A DNA stretch of 32,000 nt from Xylella taiwanensis (GCF_013177435.1 NZ_CP053627.1:2792878-2824877), one strand, 5' to 3'. Counted from the stretch's first letter, positions 10,806 through 19,428 are shown. The notes: a model not told the origin generated them from the sequence alone. Made by a program: numbers and translations.

Positions 10806-12134
10806 TTATCCAACTACAGAAGCAAGCTTGAAGATCGGCAAATACATAGCAATGACCATGCCGCCGACGATAACACCAATAAAAACCATGATCAGCGGTT
10901 CCAACAAGCTGCTGAGCCCGTCCACCGCGTTACCGACTTCCTGTTCGTAGTATTCGGCAACTTTAAATAGCATTGCATCCAGAGCGCCTGCTTCCTCACC
11001 AATGGCAGTCATCTGCACCACCATATGGGGGAATAAACCAACTTGCCTCATTGCCATATTTATCGCATAGCCAACAGAGACATCATCACGCATCCGTAGC
11101 ACGGCATCCGCGTAGACCTTATTGCCGGTTGCACCAGCAACAATACCCAATGCCTCTACCAGTGGCACACCTGCACGGAAAGTAACGGCTGTCGTTCGCG
11201 AGAAACGAGCAAGTGCGCTGTTATGCATGATCCTCCCGATTATTGGGAACCGCAACACCAACCTATCTAGCATGTGCTGCATGTACACCGAGCGCTTGTA
11301 AGTAAAGATGGCACCACCGATAACAACAATCAGCAACACCAGCATGACCCACCACCACTGCTGCATGAATTTGGAAATATTGACGATCATCTGAGTGAAT
11401 GCGGGCAACTCCGCTCCGAATCCTTTGAACACATCCTCAAACTGCGGCACCACATATACCAACAAGACCGAACTGACAATGAGAGCAACCGAGACGACAG
11501 CAGCAGGATAGAACAACGCCTTACGGATTTTACTCTTCAGAGCCTCGATGTTCTCCTTATAACTGGCAATCGTATCGAGCACCGTCTCCAGCACACCCGC
11601 ACGCTCACCCGCCCTGACCAGATTGCGATACAGCTCATCGAAATGCACCGGATGCTTGCTGATTGCCTCGTACAGTGAGGAACCACCTTCAATATCATTT
11701 TTAATTTGGTTGACCATCGTACGCATACGCGGATTCTTCTGGCCGTTCACCAGGATATCCAACGCTCCGACAATAGGGACCCCAGCTTTCATCATCGTTG
11801 CCATCTGGCGACTAAAAAAGGCAATGTCCTTTGCAGTAATCCGCCTGCCTGCTTGACCAAACAGCGGCTTGGGCTTGGGTCTGACCACATGAGGGGTGAT
11901 GCCTTGGCGACGTAGCTCAGCACGCAACAGACTCGCCGTACGTGCCGTCTGTTCTCCCTTGATCTTGATACCACGCTTGTCAGTTCCTTCCCAAAGGAAG
12001 GAGGTCAACGGCGTGCTGGGACTCCCAGCACGCGAGGCATTTACAGCAGTACGTGTTGCAAAGATCAACTCTGTTCTCCCATCCACCGTCCCCAAGCGGA
12101 CCGATGACGCATGGTAGCTGGTTCTTGAAAACAT
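10806..12134 (-). CDS. pilC: Type IV pilus platform protein
   Basis: Two GspF-type repeats (FSRQMATMMKAGVPIV..., FSRTTAVTFRAGVPLVEAL...) and the conserved FLWEGTDKRGIKIKGE N-terminus. The start is uncertain: there is no SD at ATG 12134 and the N-terminus looks about 15 aa long. Confidence 0.88.
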   Translation of the reverse strand: MFSRTSYHASSVRLGTVDGRTELIFATRTAVNASRAGSPSTPLTSFLWEGTDKRGIKIKGEQTARTASLLRAELRRQGITPHVVRPKPKPLFGQAGRRITAKDIAFFSRQMATMMKAGVPIVGALDILVNGQKNPRMRTMVNQIKNDIEGGSSLYEAISKHPVHFDELYRNLVRAGERAGVLETVLDTIASYKENIEALKSKIRKALFYPAAVVSVALIVSSVLLVYVVPQFEDVFKGFGAELPAFTQMIVNISKFMQQWWWVMLVLLIVVIGGAIFTYKRSVYMQHMLDRLVLRFPIIGRIMHNSALARFSRTTAVTFRAGVPLVEALGIVAGATGNKVYADAVLRMRDDVSVGYAINMAMRQVGLFPHMVVQMTAIGEEAGALDAMLFKVAEYYEQEVGNAVDGLSSLLEPLIMVFIGVIVGGMVIAMYLPIFKLASVVG

Positions 12135-12448
12135 GGCAGCAAAATCTGGAAACTCCTGATCAATAGCTCCATTTACGTTCTTAATTAAAATGCCCAGCTT
12201 TTAGGAAGTGACGCTAAATGACACATATTGACCATTTACGTCCCCTCGAATAACGGATCGCAATTCTTAAAAAAATGCCTGCCAAAATTTATTCATTCAG
12301 GCATCATCCTTTCGGAATGAAGTGTATTGTTTTATCGGAATCTAGTTCGTATTTCCAGTTTAAATAACAGCGCCGCAATAAACGGCTGCCTATGAGTTTT
12401 CTTCATCCATACGCTTAATCAGTAACCGAACTTATTAAAGGTATACAC

Positions 12449-12904
12449 ATGAAAAAGCAACAAGGTTTTAACTTGATCGAACTGATGATCGTGATTGCGA
12501 TCATTGCCATCCTGGCGGCCATTGCTCTGCCCATGTACCAGAATTATGTCGCCAGGGCTCAAGTCACGGCGGCACTGGCCGAGATTACGCCAGGCAGAGC
12601 ACAAGCCGAAGTCCGTATTACTGATGGAGTAGCTGCAACCAATCTTCCGAACGATATCGGTCTGCGCAACACCACCTCTCGTTGCGGCATTACCGTCACT
12701 ATCGATCCCGCTAAAACAAGTACAATCGTATGCACGATTATTGGCAATGCTCAGGTCAACGGTCAAACCATCACGTTGACTCGTACCCCCGATACAGCTG
12801 GAGGCAATGCTACTGGGGGTGTGTGGACTTGCACCACTAGCGTTGCTGCCGCGTTGAGACCAGCAGGCTGTACTGCTCCTGCTACTACTAGTACTGGTAC
12901 TTAA
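12449..12904 (+). CDS. pilA: Type IVa major pilin paralog a (151 aa)
   Basis: Class III signal [35 protein letters not shown] (Gly-1, Phe+1, Glu+5). Four Cys (79, 95, 128, 141), including a 12-residue C-terminal disulfide loop. AAAGG-type SD lies upstream. Confidence 0.93.
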   Translation: MKKQQGFNLIELMIVIAIIAILAAIALPMYQNYVARAQVTAALAEITPGRAQAEVRITDGVAATNLPNDIGLRNTTSRCGITVTIDPAKTSTIVCTIIGNAQVNGQTITLTRTPDTAGGNATGGVWTCTTSVAAALRPAGCTAPATTSTGT

Positions 12905-12967
12905 CGTGGGCAGTAAGGCGATCAATGGCTAATATCCGCGTTCTCCTAACGTGATCAAATCAATGAG

Positions 12968-12990
12968 AAGCCCGCCTTCATGGCGGGCCT
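12968..12990 (+). terminator. GC-rich hairpin downstream of pilin a
   Basis: GCCCGCC-ttcat-GGCGGGC at 12970-12988, followed by a weak T tract. The same element recurs after pilin c. Confidence 0.55.
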
Positions 12991-14577
12991 TCCAGTAGTA
13001 ACCCTATAAGGTATCAGCGTTATACTAAGCTAACACTTTAAAACGGAATACTACTTTTAAAGGCACCTGAAGCTTTTTTATTCTGAATTATATTAATACA
13101 TGATAGATGGGATCTAACGAAGCATTCCTTTAAATTTAGATAAGTATTATTTTTGTGACTTTTTTCACACTCTTATCCAAAAAGAATCGCAAAAATATTT
13201 AGAATAAACTCTCTTTTTGTTCGCAATACCAATACTCATTCGATCCGAAAAAAGCAGTCACCCATCAATGAGCGTATCCGAAAGCATACAAGCCATTGAG
13301 GAGGGGCTATATCGGTGCTATTAAACATCAGCACACCACGCCATGTGGACGCTTAACAAATATAAATGAACCCCACCCTTCCATTAAGATTCCAAGAACA
13401 ATAAGTAATCAGCTGAAACACTCCATTTTGGTTCACGCGACATCCTAAAATTTATCCTTCTGCACCCTCATCCTCTATTCAGCATGGTGAAACACTTACC
13501 ATCTCCCCTCCAGGATGATTAGGAACGGGAGAAGTGGGATTTTCTCCCCACTTGAACGGATAAAAAGTCCATCGACACCTCCCATGTCACTCCCAATCAG
13601 ATCATCACCACACTCCAACAGGTCGAAAACCACGCACAGGTGACAACAACGATAGCGTCAGCAAACTCTCAGTTCAGCCACGTTCTACACCCCGCGCACC
13701 CCACCCAAGCAACATAGCTACTCGACCGAAGAAGTGGAATCGGTAACTTGAAAGATGTCGCCCAGATCCGACTCAACGCCCGCCTGCCTGATGAAAGAGA
13801 CGATGGCAAAAAATGGCGATGCCTACTCAACCTCGGAAAACAATCAAATGTGCCATTGACAACAATCAATCGCACCCGTTACAGCGTCGAGATCAATTAA
13901 AAACTGGTATCGCCATCAGGAAAAAATCAGCAAGCAAAATGACCAGAGTGCCAATGGATGAATACTCTTGACCACGGCTCACCAAATTGAAAATTGGAGC
14001 CATGTTGACTGCACCTTTATAACGTGAAGGAGAGAAGCCAGACATCACCGCGTCAAATGTATCTGCTCTACCTAAAGGTGAAGTTTGACACGCAGATCGA
14101 ACCTAAAATACGGATGATTTAGAAGAAATCCAGAACAGTGGGCAGCGCCTGAGACGCTGCGTCTAACATTGCGGATCGACTTCATGCACCTCCAGCTCGG
14201 CAACGCATGCTGCTTCCAGCGGTTCAACGTACTAGAAGACCGCAATCGCGAAAGCCTGGCAATCGGGTCACTATCCTCGGCCTGTACCACACATCTCCTG
14301 GGACAAATCATCCACTGATGCGGACATCGGGCCCCCGGCAGTCAAAGATAATCCGCCGAGAAAACGCCACGGAATACCTCTGAATGCTGGACATCTGAAA
14401 GCAACACAACGTCATCAAGCGCGACAAGCCCACCGTTACCGACAGTCGAAATTGGCCAGCACCTGTTTTACATCCATCGAACAAGAGTAAGACACCACAC
14501 CCTGCTACCTCTGGAGATACCGCCATCTGCACTCAGCCTCATCGCCTGCCCACGTAGCAGTCGACGTTAATCACCTC

Positions 14578-15309
14578 ATGCCACGATTGGAGCGACCGCT
14601 AAAAATCGGAAATGACACCACCCTGACCCCATCCCACCCATTGCATTCACATTTTGCTCCACCGATGCAGCCAGCGTTGCCAAAGCTCTTTCAATACAAC
14701 CGTCTCAGGCTATCACTCCTCCAGAATTCCTCTAGAAAACAGCGCTCTAACCTGCAAGAACATGCCCTCCAGGCACTGATAAATGTCCCCTGTGATCCCA
14801 AAGCATTGCAGTGACCTCAAAGTACACATCCTAGACGCAGCGATGCCCCATATGCCGCTTCGTTGGAACACAACAACAGCACGCGTGATCGCCGCGCAAC
14901 CTTCAGAGAAGCAAAGACAAGCAACCCCTTTTCGGGATCGAACCGCAGCTTGGGTTCAATACGCCCCCGGAAGCGAACATGTTACTGGCACTACATGCGA
15001 TCAGCACTCGAAAACGAACACACCGCAGTTGCCACGATTGGCAACATTGCGAGCCTGACCCAAACCTTTCATTGACCGCATCGTTGACAACAACAATAGG
15101 TTACCAAGGCCCCAAACACGGCGGTGGATCAACGCTGCACCCTCACCATACAGATAGGCATTGAGACTTCCCCTGAAGTGACCCTGTACGCCAGTGCCCA
15201 TGACCAAGTGCGTTCCATCGTTTCCCTGCACGTGCAGCACGCTGCACAAACAGGCAACTCAATCAAACGAAGGCAAGCGATTGTTATCAATGCTAACATA
15301 ACCCCTTGA
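14578..15309 (+). pseudogene. Decayed type IV pilin paralog (psi-pilin)
   Basis: One frame (frame 1) runs from ATG 14578 to 15309 with internal stops. I confirmed the stops at 14812-14814 and 15073-15075, and two more follow shortly after. Pilin-homologous blocks are retained: PALPKLFQYNRLRLS vs [27 protein letters not shown] vs [14 protein letters not shown], and QRCTLT...SPE vs WSCTT...SPT. It is flanked by a mutated sigma54 promoter copy (about 14490-14506) and a mutated terminator copy (15328-15348). Confidence 0.55.
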
Positions 15310-15526
15310 GAGGCGATATGCTCTGCCAAGCCGCCGTTTGATGGGGCCGTCCTCGAGATCCGTTGCCATCCCAGCAGCGGCATTATTTGGAACAATTCTC
15401 ATTTATTCCGTGACATGTGGAAAAATAACAGTAGATACTCACCTAATACAGCATTTTGCAAACACTCTCTCCCAAGAAACAATAGGAGTCACACATCAAA
15501 TTAATTATTGACTTTTATCTGATATT

Positions 15527-15542
15527 TGGCATGCCTCCTGCT
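15527..15542 (+). promoter_or_regulatory. Sigma54 (-24/-12) promoter of pilin b
   Basis: TGGCATgcctcCTGCT has GG and GC separated by exactly 10 nt, close to the consensus TGGCAC-N5-TTGCW. It lies 62 nt upstream of the ATG. A PilR (sigma54 activator) gene is in the same window. Confidence 0.7.
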
Positions 15543-15603
15543 TAACCCATCTTTTCAATACTGGACAAAATGTTCATTAACGCTAACAAAGGAAGGATTC
15601 ATC

Positions 15604-16146
15604 ATGAAACAGCAGGAAGGTTTTACTTTGATCGAACTGATGATCGTGATGGCGATCATTGCCATCCTGGCCACCATCGCTCTGCCCATGTACCAACATT
15701 ACGTCGCCAAATCTCAAGTCACGGCGGCACTGGCCGACATCACACCAGGCAAGACACAAACCGAGGCACGTATTGCCAATGGAATGCCGCGCACCATGCT
15801 TCCCAATGATCTTGATCTGCGTGCCACCACGACTCATTGCCATCACATTGATGTCATTGTCGATTCAACGAACACCTGGTTCAGAACCTGGGATTCGTTA
15901 AACCCTCGTCATTCCAGTTCCAGAATCACTTGTACGATTCATGGCAATGCTCAGGTCAACAATAAAATCATCGAATGGATGCGTCTCCCCGAAGTTCCGG
16001 ACTTCTCTATTGAGGGCGGCCTCTTTGATGACAATGACAATAATTTGAATGGGCAATGGTTCTGCCTCACCAACGTTGACAAAGCATTGAGACCCCCAGG
16101 CTGTGAGGACTCTTTACCCAGGATCTGGACGCCCCAGGGCTCGTGA
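15604..16146 (+). CDS. pilA: Type IVa pilin paralog b, divergent and enlarged (180 aa)
   Basis: [35 protein letters not shown] has an intact leader, Phe+1 and Glu+5. Four Cys (79, 110, 154, 167). SD GGAAGGA. The start is set at ATG 15604 inside track ORF 15526..16146. Confidence 0.85.
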   Translation: MKQQEGFTLIELMIVMAIIAILATIALPMYQHYVAKSQVTAALADITPGKTQTEARIANGMPRTMLPNDLDLRATTTHCHHIDVIVDSTNTWFRTWDSLNPRHSSSRITCTIHGNAQVNNKIIEWMRLPEVPDFSIEGGLFDDNDNNLNGQWFCLTNVDKALRPPGCEDSLPRIWTPQGS

Positions 16147-16261
16147 TAGATGTCGCATAACGGCAAATACTGACCCAATACGGCACTTTGAAAACACTCA
16201 CTCCCCCCAAAAATAATGTGCGACCAGCATCAATCTCTTTTTTTGATATTAATCACATAAT

Positions 16262-16277
16262 TGGCACGCCTCCTGCT
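16262..16277 (+). promoter_or_regulatory. Sigma54 (-24/-12) promoter of pilin c
   Basis: TGGCACgcctcCTGCT has a perfect -24 element and a GC at -12. It lies 73 nt upstream of the ATG and is homologous to the promoter of pilin b. Confidence 0.75.
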
Positions 16278-16349
16278 TAAGTCATCTTGCCAGTACTGGA
16301 CAACACGTCCAGCAACGCTGGATTTCTCACCAACGCTTAAGGATTCATC

Positions 16350-16826
16350 ATGAAAAAGCAGGAAGGTTTTACTTTGATCGAGCTGATGATCGTGATTGCG
16401 ATCATTGCCATCCTGGCCGCTATCGCTCTGCCCATGTACCAGAATTATGTCGCCAGATCTCAAGTCGCGACGGCACTGGCCGACATCACACCAGGCAAGG
16501 TCCAAGCAGAGATTCTTTTTACTGACGCAAGGGGAACATCAGCCATCACTACTCCGGAAACTATCGGTCTGCGTACCTCTAGTACTCGTTGCAGTACCAT
16601 TGGTGTCAATATCACGCCAAGCACTGGCATTGGCGAAATAGCATGTACGATTATTGGCAATGCTCAGGTCAACGGTCAAACTATTAGATGGAATCGTAGC
16701 GCCGATAACGCCTCAGGCCAAGGTGGCACTAATAATGGTGGCTTGTGGAGCTGCACCACAAACGTTGCCGCAACGTTGAGCCCAACAACCTGCACTGTTA
16801 CTGCCGCTGCTGCTGGTTCTAAGTAA
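16350..16826 (+). CDS. pilA: Type IVa major pilin paralog c (158 aa)
   Basis: [35 protein letters not shown]. Four Cys (81, 99, 135, 148). SD AAGGA 9 nt upstream. Confidence 0.93.
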   Translation: MKKQEGFTLIELMIVIAIIAILAAIALPMYQNYVARSQVATALADITPGKVQAEILFTDARGTSAITTPETIGLRTSSTRCSTIGVNITPSTGIGEIACTIIGNAQVNGQTIRWNRSADNASGQGGTNNGGLWSCTTNVAATLSPTTCTVTAAAAGSK

Positions 16827-16890
16827 TGCCGGCAGCAACATGATCCATGGTTAATGTCCACGTTCTCCTAACGTGATCGATGTCGATGAG

Positions 16891-16913
16891 AAGCCCGCCT
16901 TGATGGCGGGCTT
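16891..16913 (+). terminator. GC-rich hairpin downstream of pilin c
   Basis: AAGCCCGCC-ttgat-GGCGGGCTT has a 9-bp stem followed by CTTGGTG. It is a near-identical copy of the element after pilin a. Confidence 0.6.
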
Positions 16914-17198
16914 CTTGGTGAATACGGTAAGACGTTACCGATATAGCGTGCTTGTCTTTGCAAGACAAACGTATCCGCCCAAACAATTCCTCAGCGGGTC
17001 ACCGTGTTGGACGCTCCCCCGAAAACGCGTGCCTGTGAAGACATGGCAATCCATCCACTCTTTCAATCTGAATTTTTGCTCATCCGGGCTGTCAGTTGCT
17101 GACAGCAAGGCCACATTAAGAGACTAAATAAAATTATTATAAATCAATATTTTATGAATTATCCTAAGCAGCAGAAACGACTTTCGACATCTTTGTAG

Positions 17199-17573
17199 AT
17201 GCCGTCGATGTATAACCTGCACGGTCTCTCTTTCACCGGGGAAAGCATCAAAAAATCCGCTGGATTCAACTTGATCGCACCGCTGATTGTCATGGCGAAC
17301 ATGGCTCTCCTGACGGTTATCGGGTGCAGCCCTTATCAAACGTATATTGCCAAGATTCATATGGATGTCGCCCTGGCCAGCCTCCAAGCTGGAGAAACCA
17401 CCACCGAGACTCTCATCCAGAAACAGCAGCATGCCACCCCGATCGACGCGACGCATCCAGGTCCCCACACCACCCATTACGGCTCGTACGTTCAAGCACG
17501 CTTTGACAACACCGGTGCCGGTGCGATCATCTGCACACCCCCGGTAAACCGTTTTATCGATAATCTGACATGA
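17199..17573 (+). pseudogene. Degenerate pilin-like gene d (ancestral start codon and Glu+5 lost)
   Basis: IKKSAGFNLIAPLIVMANMALLTVIGCSPYQTYIAKIHMDVALASL aligns with [46 protein letters not shown]. The position homologous to the pilin ATG is ATC (17247-17249). Glu+5 and Leu+6 are Ala-Pro. There is no C-terminal disulfide loop, and I found no sigma54 promoter upstream. Confidence 0.6.
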
Positions 17574-17688
17574 GCGCTACTGGAGATGCGACGGAAGCAC
17601 CTTCGATCAACGTATCCGTTCCAATGATTGCTCATTGGGAAAGCCGGGTGACACCATACTTTAAAGCCGTGTAACCAGAGAATTTTTT

Positions 17689-19422
17689 ATGAACGCAGCC
17701 CACTCCGCCAATCTTGTCGGCATTACCGGTATCGCCCGTCGCCTGGTCCAGGATGGCAGCATTGAAGAAGCCACCGCACGCATCGCTCAAGATCAAGCAA
17801 CGGCCGCCAAGGTACCTTTACCACAGTGGTTGATCGATAAAAAACTGGTCAGTGCAGCAAAGTTGGCCGCCGCCAATGCACTTGAGTTCGGGATGCCGCT
17901 GCTGGATGTCTCTGCGTTCGACCCTAATCACAGTGCAATGAGTTTGATCAACGAAGATCTGCTGCTGAAGCATCAGGTGTTACCGTTATTTAAACGCGGC
18001 AATCGACTGTTCGTCGGAATCAGCAACCCAACCCAGACCCAGGCTCTGGACGACATCAAGTTCCACACCAATTTGGTCGTAGAGCCGATTCTGGTTGACG
18101 AAGACCAGATACGGCGTACGCTCGAACAATGGCAGTCCAGGAGCGGTGCGCTCAGCGCTGGATTGGCGGAGGATGACACCGGCATCGAAGGCTTGGACAT
18201 CGCCGGCGGAGATGACGATGGGATGAGCGGCGATGCCGGCGTCGATGCTAAGAGCGATGACACGCCGGTCGTCAAATTCGTCAACAAGGTGCTGATCGAT
18301 GCCATCCGGCGCGGCGCATCGGACATCCATTTTGAACCATACGAAGAGGATTACCGGGTCCGATTCCGGATCGATGGTCTGCTGAAGAGTGTGGCAAAGG
18401 CACCAAACAAGTTGAACCAGCGTATCGCCGCACGTTTGAAAGTCATGTCGCAACTGGATATCGCGGAAAAGCGGGTCCCGCAAGACGGGCGTATCAAGCT
18501 CAATCTATCGAAAACCAAGCAGGTCGATTTCCGCGTCAGTACACTGCCAACGCTGTTCGGCGAGAAAGTCGTACTGCGTATCCTGGATGGCAGTGCGGCA
18601 AAGCTGGGTATCGACAAGCTCGGTTACGAGCCTGACCAACAGGCCCTCTTTCTGGAAGCGATCCACAGACCCTACGGAATGGTCTTGGTCACTGGTCCGA
18701 CCGGTTCGGGTAAGACGGTATCGCTTTACACCGCACTAGGCATCCTCAACGACGAAACACGCAATATCTCCACAGCCGAGGATCCTGTAGAAATCCGGCT
18801 GCCTGGGGTCAATCAGGTACAACAAAACAACAAGCGCGGCATGACGTTCGCTGCAGCGTTACGTTCGTTTCTGCGTCAGGATCCAGATGTCATCATGGTC
18901 GGCGAAATCCGGGATCTTGAAACCGCTGAAATCGCCATCAAAGCCGCGCAAACCGGTCACATGGTGCTCTCCACATTGCATACCAATGATGCGCCGCAAA
19001 CCATCGCGCGTCTCATGAACATGGGGATTGCGCCGTACAACATCACCTCGTCAGTGACATTGGTGATCGCACAGCGGTTGGCACGGCGGCTGTGCAATCA
19101 ATGTAAGCGGCCGGTTCAATTGCCGGCGAATGCATTGCTGGCCGAAGGGTTCACGCAGGCGCAGATCGATGCAGGGCTCGAACTGTACGAACCCGTCGGT
19201 TGCGACGAATGCACCGAAGGCTACAAAGGCCGCACAGGTATTTATCAAGTGATGCCAATTACGGACGGGATTGCTTCGATTGTTTTAACCGGCGGTAATG
19301 CGTTGCAAATCGCCGAGGAGGCGCGCCGCATCGGCATCCACGACCTGCGCCAGTCGGCACTGCTCAAAGTCGCTCAGGGCGTGACGGGATTGGCCGAAAT
19401 CAACCGGGTCACCAAAGATTAG
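17689..19422 (+). CDS. pilB: Type IV pilus assembly ATPase
   Basis: GspE/PilB family: T2SSE_N-like N-terminus, Walker A GPTGSGKT, Asp box, Walker B DPDVIMVGEIRD, His box, and the tetracysteine motif CNQCKRP...GCDECTEGYKGR. Confidence 0.95.
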   Translation: MNAAHSANLVGITGIARRLVQDGSIEEATARIAQDQATAAKVPLPQWLIDKKLVSAAKLAAANALEFGMPLLDVSAFDPNHSAMSLINEDLLLKHQVLPLFKRGNRLFVGISNPTQTQALDDIKFHTNLVVEPILVDEDQIRRTLEQWQSRSGALSAGLAEDDTGIEGLDIAGGDDDGMSGDAGVDAKSDDTPVVKFVNKVLIDAIRRGASDIHFEPYEEDYRVRFRIDGLLKSVAKAPNKLNQRIAARLKVMSQLDIAEKRVPQDGRIKLNLSKTKQVDFRVSTLPTLFGEKVVLRILDGSAAKLGIDKLGYEPDQQALFLEAIHRPYGMVLVTGPTGSGKTVSLYTALGILNDETRNISTAEDPVEIRLPGVNQVQQNNKRGMTFAAALRSFLRQDPDVIMVGEIRDLETAEIAIKAAQTGHMVLSTLHTNDAPQTIARLMNMGIAPYNITSSVTLVIAQRLARRLCNQCKRPVQLPANALLAEGFTQAQIDAGLELYEPVGCDECTEGYKGRTGIYQVMPITDGIASIVLTGGNALQIAEEARRIGIHDLRQSALLKVAQGVTGLAEINRVTKD

Positions 19423-19428
19423 GCATCA

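Noticed and set aside
14934-14944. An 11-mer, GGGATCGAACC (reverse complement GGTTCGATCCC), that looks like a tRNA T-arm and might mark a tRNA gene or an integration att remnant.
   Set aside because: I could not build an acceptor stem, anticodon arm or D-arm around it on the minus strand, and the T-stem itself pairs only 4 of 5. It also lies inside the pilin pseudogene frame. Treated as chance or unresolvable without a tRNA scanner.
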